64,000 nt of DNA from contig JBEWZL010000266.1 in assembly GCA_045837725.1 (NCBI GenBank), positions 496,001-560,000 of the forward strand. The letters run 5' to 3'. The notes under the pieces were generated by a model. It saw only the letters and a program-made list of their open reading frames with translations. It searched no databases and was not told the DNA's origin. This document shows positions 22,304 through 34,955 of this stretch, in pieces (positions within the stretch are counted from its first letter, which is position 1; each line of letters opens with the position of its first letter). Both the position numbers and the translations under genes were made by a program. Origin of the DNA: Vermamoeba vermiformis. Taxonomy: Eukaryota.

Positions 22304-25300
22304 ATGTCGCTAAAAAGGACTGTCAATTGGGTCGACCCCACTGAAGATTGGGTTCCTTACAAGCGATGTAGAATGGAAGATATATCTGATGAATTTATTG
22401 AATCGGTAAATACTGCATTATTACCGGATTTTCAACTTCGGATCTTTACAGAATTAATTCTTTAATCCAACCCTAAATTAATTTTTACAATCAATCAAGT
22501 AATAATATTTTTATTTGAAGTACCTTCCGCCCGAAGTACTGGTCAACATTTTCAAATTCTTGTCAATGCCTGACGTTGCAAGATCCGTTGTCCCTGTTTA
22601 CCAACGATGGAGGGATCTCGGTTACACGGAAGTAGAGCCTCAACAATTGCACGTTAAAGGGCACCTGTCACATTTATACATGCATGCTGTCCAGAATTAC
22701 AAGGTCTCTGCTCTGATTGTGACTGAAGGATCTCTGAACCAGATCGCCGCTCTTTTGTGTGCAAGTGCGCAACGAGACAAGACTATAACAAATGTGGTTG
22801 CCCATGGAATGTCACGTCCTACTCAGGGCCTAACAAAGGAAGAGTTTCATATCCTTGCAAATGTCGCCGAACTTGCGATCTACGCCGAACACATTGCTTA
22901 TTTGACATACTTTCCAAAAGTCACCCGCTTGCAATTGCTCCATAGTACTAGGAATTTGCCACGTTTTGCAAACAAGTTTGACTATGCTGAAGAATTGGCT
23001 GTTGACGCTCATTTCTTGACGCAACACTGTCAGTACCTTCTTTCGCTGTTCCCTTCACTGAAAAAGATCCACGTGACAAATGATCCTCAATTCACCGCAC
23101 TTGCAGTAGAAGACCAGTTAAAAGCACTGAACAAAGAGTTGGTGTGGCCTCACAACTACAGCGACGACCAGCTTGTGAACATGCCTTATCATCACTTCTA
23201 CTATCGAACAGGTCAGACTATGGCCGTCTCAAACTTTCCAGCTCTTGTGAAGAAGTGGAAGAAGACGATTGAATCAAATAAGAACAAAAAGACGGCCAAT
23301 ATGAGTTCGTCAGAGAACAAACTTCGTGCAAACATTACGTCGTTTGAGTACGAAAAAGAATTACAGACTAAGCCAGCCAAATACATATACCCGTCACTCC
23401 TCGACTTCTCCAAGAGGCTGCAAATCTCTGACGAAGTCTTGATTGCGGCCATCTCTGACCAAGCTGCTTTTATCCCAAATGCCCTGGACATCATAGTCAA
23501 CACTCAATTGCTTCCCTATTGGACGACACTTGACATGTGCATGGAGTACGACAACTTAGACTTGCTGCTGCAAGCACTGAAGGACTTGAAGAACCATACT
23601 GCAGCCGTCCAACTTCGCGTTGTTCAACGCCTTATTGAACGTCTTGGAGTTGCAGCGCTTATTGACAACCTCGGATTTGATGCATTTGTTCTACTGGCAA
23701 ACTCTTCGAATCACGAAGGCAGCACGTGTGTGTGTGTGTGTGTGGGCTATTTTTACGGGATTTTTCCCGAAGGTCGTGCGACACGCGGCGCCGAATTTGG
23801 CGCACAAGGATTTCTCCCGGGTCGTACCCCCTTGTGTGTTAGGGTTAGTGAATAAATACTAATTTTTGTATGTTTTTTGTAGTTTTTCTGGATTGTCTTT
23901 AAATTTCACTTTTAAGAAGTCGTGAAATACTTTACATCTGGATCTGTATATTTTTCTGTAGTATTTTATTTGCGCATTAAATAGATTATTTGCTAAATCG
24001 TCTCTGTCTTTTTTATTCGGAATAATCTTTAATTTTTTGTAAATTTCTTTCGTAAAATATCCGTATATTCCTGCCATCGTACTTTGGTCTTCGTTTTCCC
24101 ATTCTAATTCACTATGTTTTGTCCGATACCAACGTTCGCTTGGCTGTAGTTCGATATTATGTGGTCTTAGTATCCCGTCGATTTCGAGATCTAGTCTGGT
24201 ACGTAATTGTTCATATTTTGTGCATTTTCCTATTATGTGTTTTGTGTCTTCTGTTGCTCCACAATTGATGCAGTTTTCATCTTCGTAAATCTGTTGTAGT
24301 CTTTCAATTTCTCGATTGAATTCTTTCGTTGCGTCTTTTTTTGGTAAACGACGGAATATTTCTGCTTTTCCGTTTAATTGCTTGTGTCGTAGTTTCAGAA
24401 TGAATCCCGTGTCGATATTTTTTATATTAATCGCATTATTACTTGTTCGTTTGTGTATTACCGCGTTGAGTTTTCTGTGGTCTTTTTGGATTATATTTTG
24501 ACTTCGTTTGTTCTTTTCTTTTTATTATTTTTTTACTAGGTCTAGGTATTTGATTGATTTTCATATAATAATTATTCATCCTTTCAGGTTTCACTATGTT
24601 AGTTTCAAGATCCGTAGCTATTTTTGCCAGTTCATCGGCTTTTTCATTTCCTTCTATTATTAATTTATATTCGTTACCGTATTGAGTTGTAATGCTTCGA
24701 TTTTTGAGAAATTTGTTAATTTTTCTTCATCATTCGCGTACTGTTTCAATTTCATATCAATGTGACTTGGAACATGTTCGAACATCACATTTATTTGTCG
24801 ATTTACGATATGATCCTTTATTCGTTTAATAACTGCATCGTATTTATTGCGTTTCAATATTTGTGATCGTAGTGCCTCTCGTATCGTTTTAATCGAGCTT
24901 TCTGAGTCCGTAATGATCAAAACCTCTTTTCCGTTTGTTATTTTGCTGAGACCGTATTCAATTCCTTCTAGTTCGGATTCATACGAGTCTTGTATGTCAT
25001 TTGTTCGTTTTGATATGTTATATCGGTCATTTCCGAAGTATACGCCAAATCCTGCTTGGTTATTTTTCTTATTCATCGAACCATCCGTCCATATCGCTAT
25101 TCGGTCTTTTATTCGGTATTCTTCCGTATTGTATTGCTTGTTTTCCTTCGTTTGTTGTACTAGCGTTCGTTTGTATAATTGATTTGTTTTTAGCATGGGG
25201 AACGTGATATCGGCAACTAGGTTTTTGTACTCTTCTGGCGTTAATTCATCAGTGTCTTTCATTTGAGCGTTTATGCTATCTCGGTTTATTATTTCCCGGG

Positions 25301-27304
25301 GTGTCTTTGAGCGTTTATTCAGTAGTTTACATCCGTCGTTAATTTGGTTATCGTCCAATTTGATACGAGTTAATTCGTCTTTAATTAGTCCGAGTAGGTT
25401 ACCTTCGTTTATGTTTTTATGTAGTGTTACATCGTATGTTTTTAATATGTTGATCGTATTGCATATTAGCGGGTCATTTATTTTTCTTGTTTTTGTTATA
25501 TTTCTAGTCGCCTTTTCGTCTTTAAGTCGTTGTTCTAGTATTTTATTAAGGATCGAGTTGCTGTTCAGTCCCCTTTCTACGATACTGTTTGCAAAGGTTT
25601 TTTCGTTTGTTATTCGTAGGTTTTCAATTTGTATACCTCCTTCTGTTCTGGGTAGTTGTAGTCTATCGTTATTGGCTTTTGCGTGTAGAGGAATGGCTTT
25701 TTTGATTAAATTCATGATATTGTTGTTCATTTCGTCGAGCATGTTGTTGTCAAAAAGTTGGATTTGGAAATGATATTCTATCGATGGGATAATGACTTTC
25801 TTTATTAGTTCTGTTTTGCATAGTACGTCTAGTTTTTTTGATTTGATAATTGACAACTTGGATCGGAATTTTTTAATCGCTTCGTCGATATTATTTTGGT
25901 TTTCTCCTTTAAGGTTAATCAGTACACCAAGGTATTTGTAGTTTCCCGTCTCATTGATTGTTTGTATTGCTTTATTATAGAATTTAATGTCTTCGTTTTT
26001 GTGATACGACGCGTACGCTGATTTATCGTGGTTGACTAGAATGCCGTAATATTCTGAAAACTTTTCTATAGTCTCGGCCATTCGTTTTATGTCTCCGTAA
26101 TCTTCAGATATGAGTAATATATCATCGGCGAATGCCAGGACTGGAATTTGTATATTTTTGTTTTTCGTCATCCCGTATCCTTCTGATTCTTCTTCAATCA
26201 TTTTTAGTAGCGGATTAATAAATATAATGAATAATAATGGCGATAAACCGTCCCCTTGTTTAACTCCTCTTTCGATATCGATTTTTTCCGTTAGTTCGTT
26301 GTTCACTATTATATTCGCTTTGTTGTTTTTGTATATATTTAGTAGTAGAGTTATCATTTCGGAGTCTATTTTATAGTATTCTAGTATTTGTTGTAATCCC
26401 CAATGTTCGACGCTGTCATATGCTTTTTTGAAGTCGATGAAGGCAAGGGAATCACGAAGGCAGCACGTTGGTCCACCGATTCGTCAAAAAACACGTGGAT
26501 TTACACGAAATTTCGCCCTACATTCGCGCATGGGACGTCGTTAATGGCAAAGGAATGGCACCAATTGACATAGCAATGCAAGACTGGAATATACCCGTCG
26601 TGATGTTCTTGCTACTTCACGGAGCTCAGTTCCGAAGCATAGGTATAGACTTCCCACTTCAATCGTTCCTCAGCTACGCTATTTCCTATTATGGAAATCA
26701 TCCTCATCAGTTGGAACTCGCGGAAATAATTCGTCACTTGGTCACGCATTATGGCGCTGCGATAAATTATCCCGATCAAAGTGGAGATAGTTGTCTTGGT
26801 ATCGCTATCAAAACCGGCAACCCAGTAATTTTGCAACTGATTCTGAGTTGGGAGGAAATGTTCACTGGCCATGCAGCAACGGCATGAAGCCAGTGCCACT
26901 CGTTTGCAGATTAATCAACAACATCAACGACTTCAAATGCATGATCAATTGCTTGGTAGAGTACGGGGCTGACATCAACGCAACTGGCATTCAATTCTAC
27001 CCGCATTATTCCTGCGAAATTTCGCCATTAGTAATTCTCATGGACAAGCCAAATCCCGAGCCATACATGAGACAGTCATGGTGCCTCGTTGAACTCTATT
27101 GATGCGTATGGCTGGACAGTGTTACATTACTACATCCAGAAAGTGAGCGATCAAGACCGCGTTGCTCGATTATTGCAACAAAAGATACCAAACTGTAGCG
27201 TGCAGTATGAAGGAGGCGAACAATATTTAAATCTTGATGCAAGTATGATTACTGCACAAATCAGCGAACAAGTCCTCAAGGAGCTTTTTTCAGATAGTGC
27301 CTAG
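22304..27304 (+). pseudogene. F-box/LRR/ankyrin gene disrupted by a LINE insertion and frameshifts
   Basis: YLPPEVLVNIFKFL F-box; removing the insertion restores NSSNHEGSTLVHRF, matching paralog NSQNSNGNTQAHRI; frameshifts near 26845 and 27075. Confidence 0.85.
23728..26448 (-). mobile_element. 5'-truncated non-LTR retrotransposon (RT, RNase H, CCHC knuckle)
   Basis: FIDFKKAYDSV, GVKQGDGLSP, LAFADD (RT); WTDGS, ELEGI, TDSES, HVPSH (RNase H); CINC..H....C; (CA)n tail; TSD GAATCACGAAGGCAGCACGT at 23708-23727 and 26449-26468. Confidence 0.96.
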
Positions 27305-27513
27305 ATTCAAAGCTCCTGCAAAATTTTGTACATAAATCGTTATTACTATATGCTTTGCTTGTCCGTAAACGAAGAATTGCTTTCGTCGAAGAGATTTCAC
27401 GTACAAAAAAAGGAAATATCGCGTTACGAAAGAATACGTTGTGAATTCTTTGGCACGCCATAAATATCCTAAACATTGCTATTTTGATATAAAAGTAAAC
27501 TAAAGCAACACTA

Positions 27514-29955
27514 ATGGTAAGTTCGAACTTATATTAGTTGATTATTCTAACGTGTCTCATAGGGTAATACAGCAAGCCAAGCTAACCGTTCTCCTGTTCA
27601 ATGGGGGATTCGCACTCTGGACCCTTATTTGGAACCGGAATTTTCAATGCAAAAAAAGGATGATAAGAGAATTCAGACGATGGTTGGATTGGTAAGCGGA
27701 GAGTGATTTAGATCTTGATCCGTCAATTCTTTTTTAATTCTCTACCTTTTTAGTTCCAACAGATTATGAAGCTTCATATTCATTACTTGCCGCCAGAAGT
27801 ACTTGTTAGAATATTCGAATTCTTTCCGTTGAACTTCATCGCCAAATCCGTGGTCAAAGTTTGCCGTCGATGGAGAGCGGTCTGCTACCTTCTTCTGAAG
27901 CCTCGACAATTGCGTGTTAATGAAGTTTATTACAATTTATACAAGCACGCTGTTTACAATTTCAAAATCGACACGCTGATTCTGTGCCATGGATCCGTAG
28001 AGAAAATAGCCAATATTTTGGTCTGTTCAAAAAGGCCAATCAATACTGTTGTTGCCTATAATATACGCGAGTCATATCGTCAGCTCACTTCCGATGAACA
28101 AAGAGCCACAGAAAACGTTACAACGCTTGCTATTTACGCTTCGGATCTTGGATGCTTGTATCAATTCCCGCAAGTCCGTCGATTGCAATTGTTGAAAGAT
28201 GCTGGCAATATAACAGTCGAAGTTGAAGGTGCATTTGAAAGCGTTGAAGAATTGACAGTTGACAGGAGTTTTCTCGAGCGAAATTTCGAAACAATTCTTT
28301 CGCTCTTCCCTTCGCTGACAACCATCAACCTGTTAGATAACCGCATAGATAACTATCTGCAACAAAAACTTTGGACTATTGGAATAGAATTGCGATGGCC
28401 ATTGAATTTCACGAAGAAAGAATTAGCTGAAATTCCGTATCATCATTTCTACTATCAAACCGGAGACACTATGGCCTATTCGAAGCCCAGTTATGTAGTT
28501 GAAAACTGGAAGACTATCATCACTTCAATAGAATACGAAAATGATTTATATTCAAGACCTATCGAGTACGTTTACCCTTCAACGATAGATTTTTCAAAGC
28601 AACAGCAGCGTCGGTCAGAGAAAGAAATCATTCGCCAAATAGTTCCCATAGCCAAGCGCCAACTAGAATCTGTCGTTGAGTCTCAGCTTCTGCCGTATTG
28701 GACAACAGTCGACCTGTGCATGGCACACGCTAATCGGCGGCAGTTAGTTCCGAACCTGCTAAGGCGATTGGAAGCCAAACATTTTACAACAGTGAAGACA
28801 AAAGTATTGTGTGAACTGATAGAACACTACGGTATTACGGAGTTGATCAGAATCATGGGAGAGGAGTCGTTCCGCAAAGTCGTAAATTCTCAGAATTCAA
28901 ACGGCAACACGCAGGCTCATAGAATCGTCAGAGAAGACTGCAGAATAGATTTGAACGAGATTGCACCGTACATCGAACATTGGCACGTGTTCAACAACAA
29001 AGGAATTGCGCCCATTGATATCGCACTCAAAACCATGGACATGTCAATCATCACATTTTTGCTTCAACGCGGCGCTATTTTGCCAGAAGATCACAATATT
29101 CCGTTCACCTACTCAAATTTCAACTTCTTCAAACAGTATCAGCCTTCAATTTTCAAGACAAAAAACCCAACTCAAATGTTGTTCCACGATGATTGGCTGC
29201 GAAGCGGGACTTCGGTCATTAGAGCAGTCGATGCAATGGTATCAGTTGGTGCAAATGTCCACGCTTTCAATCGACATCTTCAATCGTTCCTCAACTTCAT
29301 TATTTCCTTTTATGGAAGTCACTTTGAAAAGTCAGAACTTGAAAATCTGATTGAACGATTGGTACAACATTACAAAGTGGACATTAATCAGCTTGACGGC
29401 AATGGCGACACTCCTCTAGGCACGGCTATTAGGACAATTAACACCAAGATCATCAAGTTGATTGCTCGATTGGGAGCTACTGTCAACGATATTTGCAGCA
29501 ACAACATGAAGCCGATTCCGTTCATTTGCAGCTCAGTCAAGAACATCAACGCGTTTAAATGCTTAATCGATTGCCTGTTGGAGTTCGGAACTGACATCAA
29601 CCCCATCACCGTTCAATATACTACCACAGGAGATCGCGTCGTCTCTCCTTTGTTGCTCGTGATGGAAAATCGAAATTTCATACCGTTCATGAAACACTTG
29701 GTGTCACGTGGTGCTTCACTGAACTTCGTCGATTCGCAAGGATGGACTTTGTAGCATCATTTCATTCACAAAACAACTGATGTTGACTACCGCGTCCAAG
29801 CTATCACTTTGTTGCGTCAGCAGCTGTTACAAGATGCAATGGACATTGACGAAGATCACAATGGAAGTTCATTTTGCCTCCGTCAAATCACTCCGCAATT
29901 GAGCGAGCAAGTTCTTGCTGAAATTTTTACGGAGAGCGAATATGATTTTGAATAG
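27514..29955 (+). CDS. F-box/LRR/ankyrin protein (tandem paralog) with in-frame TAG at 29752
   Basis: Spliced start MGNTASQ (myristoylation-like); YLPPEVLVRIFEFF; ankyrin DGNGDTPLGTAI; homology to the upstream copy continues past the TAG to 29955. Confidence 0.8.
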
Positions 29956-30050
29956 GCCTATACAAATTATTGTTATCTTCATCGTTCATATTGTATATTT
30001 TTTGTTAACGAGTAAAAGGATGTTTGCGGATCTAAGGCTGGCGAAAAAAG

Positions 30051-32000
30051 TTATTTATTAGTAATGTGTAGTGTAGCAGCAAAAGTGTCCTTAGCGTGCT
30101 CAACGATATCGTGCCCAGGCAAGCCAGTGCCAGTCTGACAAATAATTTGTCGATGAGCGATGTGCAGTGCGGATGTAAACAGGACGTCGTAGCGGATCCA
30201 TTCTAGTTTTCTTAATCCACTTAATATGCTTCTTAATGCATCGCCTTTGCTATCGTTGACATAAAACTTGGCATATACATCTTTTTCGACTACTGTTGTC
30301 GTTGTTCCATTCGGATCCGTTTTCGTCGTAGTTTTTTCTACTGTAGTCGTAACAACCGTATTATTTTCGCCGCTATTCTTAGTAGAACTGCTACTACTAG
30401 CGCTATTATTAATATTTCTATTATTTGAGAATGAAATGTTTTTGTCAGTCGGATCCGACTCTTTTGTCGAAGCATCCGAAACTTCGTTATCAAGTTCTTC
30501 GCTATAGTCCTCCGAGGTCAAATTTTCCGCTTCAAATGCACCAGTGTCAATGGCATTTTCCGGTAATTTTCTGCTTTCATCTTCAATTTGGAACTCGAGT
30601 CTATTCGCAATAATATGCGGGTATTTTGGATCCGTCCGGATCTCGTCTTCATTGACCGTTGGACCCTGTTTATCATCATGATCAAGAGGCTTATTATTAT
30701 TGCCATGACTATGTTGCTTCTTCCCGACGCTATGACTTCGCTTCAATCCTCCTTTGTGCAATTTTTCTTTGTAAATATTTCGCGGAACAATTGCAGCCGT
30801 GCAGTACGGCACTGTCAAATCGTATTGCACATTGGCGTATAAATATCGATACTTGAACGCTACTAGGGCTTTCCAAAAATAGATATCTGCGAAATTTCGT
30901 TATTAGAATCGACCAATTTTTTTTGTTCATGAATGAATGGTTCAGTGAACGAATCTTACTTGGATCTGCCATAGCTTGCAATAAAGGTCGATTGTCGAAT
31001 TCTTCAACGGTATCTTCAAGCATTAATTGACGGCCTGCCAGTAGGCAGATTAGTTTTAAATTTGAAGGGCAGATCTTCGGTCAAAAGTGCACTTGCCTGT
31101 TTTGGAAATAAACGATCGCGTGACCCAACTAATTAAGGAGTTGAAACCGGAATTGGTTGATCTCCGTGATCCGCAGTGAGGCGTAGCAAAAGTCATAAAT
31201 ACCTGATCGTGACAAAAATTTAGGTTCAGATCTGTCCTTCAATCCAATAAATAAGAAATATTTTTATACTTACATGAGGTTCAAAGTTTTCTAATAAAAA
31301 ATTTTCTTTGTTGAGCTCGCCAAGGGCGTAGCGGAGAACAAGACCGCCGAGACTGTGACCGAGACAAGACAACTTGACTTTTCCATCAATTTTTAGTTGT
31401 TCTCGAACATGTTTGATCTAAATATAATATTAATGCGACTATTCAATAGTTTCATCGGATCTGGGAAGAAAGAAAGTCGGATTTTTTTGGATTTACGACC
31501 TGAAACGAAAATCGGAACTGGAAAATGAGTCTATATTATTATATTATGACATTAGTACCTCTGTAGCAACAAGTTTTCCAATTGCGTCAATTCCTACATA
31601 AAAAAGAAATTTTAAGATAATTTTTCCGAGTCTTAGTGGTTATACCAACCTGTAAATGTCTTATTGCGGTACGAATGTGCAGTGTGCTAGTAAAAATAAT
31701 TAATATTAATAATCCTGACCGTTATTCAGTCTGCAGAACTGTAATTTGAAAACGGCACGTAAACCTCCGTATTCTGATTTAATTAAAAATAGCGTGGGAT
31801 TAATAATTATATTAAAATTAGAATGAATATTATAGCCTTAAAGCTAGATCATAACATACCAAGTGGATTGCGGGATCTTCCTTGGCAAAATAAGGCTTCC
31901 ACACCTTCATAACGGAATCCCAATCCGATGCTTTACCACCAAGACCATGGCATAATATAACCAAGTGCGTAATAGGCACTTGTTGTGTGTTCTTCTCCAT
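30051..32000 (-). CDS. DUF676 putative serine esterase/lipase (alpha/beta hydrolase)
   Basis: HLVILCHGLGGKASDW, nucleophile elbow GHSLGGLVLRYA, FATPHCG, DLTVPYCTA. Confidence 0.85.
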
Positions 32001-32102
32001 CTGTCGTAAGTTTTTTGTCCGTGAAACATTTTTTTTCAGTTATCTCGTCGCGGAACCAGTTAACCACAAGTTCCCAAGCTACTAATTTAGTAAATATTTT
32101 TA

Positions 32103-34911
32103 ATGGCGGATATTGAAAAGGAAATTGAAACCCTGGCCAAGGAATTCAAAGGTAAATCCAGTTGCGCAATCTCGCCAAATTCCATTTAGAATGATATTTC
32201 ATGCGCTACTTATATTAATCGATAAGTAGTACCGAGCATTATACCTTTTTGATTAATTAACAGAGATTTTTCTATCCGTTACAAAAAATCTTTTAATTTA
32301 ATAATTTAATTGACTGACAAAATAAATAATCATTACTTATAGGCCTTGGAGAAAAGCAACTCGAGAATGGCATTAAAAAATTCCACGAGTACGATTTGAA
32401 CAAGAACGGAAAGATCGACAAGGATGAGTTTATCCGTTTGACGTCGGATCTCGTCCCTGGAGTATCTAAGCAGCTTTTAACACGCTTGGCTGAACGTACA
32501 TTTGCAAAGGCCGATAAAGATAAGGTAAAGAACCGAAATTGAGCCGACAAAATCTTTGAGATTTCCAAATCTACCTTAGAATCACTTCTCTAATTGAATA
32601 TTGGTCTAATACTTGTTCTATAGTCCGGAAGTATTAATTTGCACGAGTTTTTGGAGTCCTATAAGGATATTTTCTCTCAAGAACGAAAACAAGTCGCGAT
32701 CATTTTGCAGCCCGACTTTCCTGGCTGGAGCTTAGAGCAAATTGAATCCGCTCTAGAAAAATTTGAGAAATATGATCTCGATAAGAGTGGTATCCTGGAT
32801 CGTGACGAGTTTTACCAACTTAAAGAAGAGATCTTGGGTCCGAAATTCTCGAAGCTCTTGCTGAGATACGCCTCGGAGGATGTATTGAAAAAAGGTACGT
32901 TCCTTTAGTGTATTAAAATAGTATAGTAATTTTAATCATAATACAGCCGATAAGGACAATACTGGCGCATTATCCGAACAAGAATTTTTGGATGCGTTCA
33001 GCGAGATCTTCTCCGCCAAGGTCGATACTAATGCTAAAGTGTCGGTATCCGCTACTACAGCTGTAAGTAACTTTTATTATGATAATATTGATATACGTTC
33101 CTTTTGAAAACTCGATCCGTCTTCATCTTTTTCATTCTATTTCTGGCATAAAATTCATTCAGTACTATTTTTAGTTCAACGAATTCGTTGCTGCAGATTC
33201 ATTAGAAGCCATTATGAATCGATTTGATGAGTTGAAAGAGGCGCTACAGTGGACTGCAGGCCAGGACATTTACACGCAGTTGAAGAACCAAACAAAGTCT
33301 GACACACGTGTCAATGTGTTGTGGCGTTTGTTGGACACGAAGAGAGCTAAGGTAATTACCATTATTTTCTTTTTGAAATGATTTTTCTTCGTGATGTGAG
33401 AAGCACTATTTTGACACGTGTCACTGACTATCTTTGCAGCCCGATTACAAGCCCAACGTGTTTTTATCTCAGTCCCGAGCTCTCGTAGTTGGTGCAGGCC
33501 CTGGTGGATTGCGCACTGCAATTGAACTGTTGTTATTGGGCATGAAAGTCACCATCGTCGAGAGGTAAAAAATATTCATTTTGTGAGTCTTAGTTTGATC
33601 GTTAATTGTTTGTTTTATTAGACGAAGAAAGTTCTCACGTAACAATTTGTTGCATTTATGGCCCGCTAGCATTAGAGATTTGACCAACATTGGTGCCAAA
33701 TATTTTTACCCCAAGTTCTGTGTCGGCGGTATCAATCACTGTGCCATTCGAAAACTTCAAGGTCTATTGTTGAAGATTGCTCTTATTCTCGGTGCCGATG
33801 TTTTGGTCAACGTGCAATTCAAAGGCATTAAGCCACAAGTCGAAAAAAGTGCCACGGGAAGATGGGTCTGGACCGCTGATGTCGAGGGTCGTGCCAACCA
33901 ACCAATTGATCAAAACGTGCTTAAATTCACGCACTTTATTGGCTCCGACGGCGCTAATTCACAGATTGCTACGCAACTCCATTATGACCGCAAGGTTCGT
34001 TACGAAATATTACCAAATATGGCAAGTCACGTGACTAACTTTTCCGCAGGTTTTCCAAGGCTCGCAAGCTATTGGCATTACAGCTAATTTCGTTAATGAA
34101 GGCACTAAGGCCGAGCAAACGCTCAACGAATTTGGCTTAATGTCGGTGTACAATCAAAAGTACTTTAGCGACTTGGAAGCGAAGCAAAATGTCGTGTTGG
34201 AGAACTTAGTTTATTATCGCGGCGAAACACATTACTTTGTGATGACGGCCAAGAAACAGAATTTGATTGCCAATGGCGTGCTGAAAGCTGATTTCCAACA
34301 GCCGCAAGATCTGTTGGCACGTGGCAACGTGGAAGTCAAGCAACTTGAAGACTTTGTGCGACGAGTTGCTAAACACGTGGGCTTGCCTGACACTGCAAAA
34401 TTCGCTGATCAAGGTGAGTAATCAAAACAATAATGATTGGTTAGAGCTTCACAAGTTGGATCAGATCCGAAAAAAACAGATCGACCAGATCTAATATTGA
34501 TCGTTTTTAATAGGTCAAGGCGGTGCTAAAGACGTGGCTATTTTTGATTTTTCTAAGAAACAAGAGAGCGGTCAGAACTTCAGATTCATCGAGTTCGAAG
34601 CTAACGGCACTAAAGCCAAGTTGTTCACTGCCTTGGCTGGCGATGCTTTAGTAGAACCGTTTTGGCCTCAAGGCACCGGTGCCAATCGCGCTGTGTTGTC
34701 TGCGTTGGATACAGCCTGGACCATCAAGAAATTCGCGGAATTATCGGCCAATCAGCCCAATGTCATTGATCAAGGACCGCAAGTTGAAGCATTGACAAAG
34801 GCGTTGCAAAAGAATTATCGAATTATGGTCGCTGCTTCGCCTGAAGATCTGCAAGATAACTTCAGCTTGCACTCGCTGGATCCGAACACTCGCTATAAGA
34901 AGCGTTTCTAG
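32103..34911 (+). CDS. EF-hand-containing MICAL-like FAD monooxygenase
   Basis: EF loops DLNKNGKIDKDE, DKDKSGSINLHE, DLDKSGILDRDE, DKDNTGALSEQE; MICAL motifs VVGAGPGGLRTAIEL, SRNNLLHLWP, LENLVYY, GDALVEPFWPQGTG. Confidence 0.9.
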
Positions 34912-34955
34912 AAAATAATACTTAAAGATTTGTAACGTAAATTATTATACTTGGT

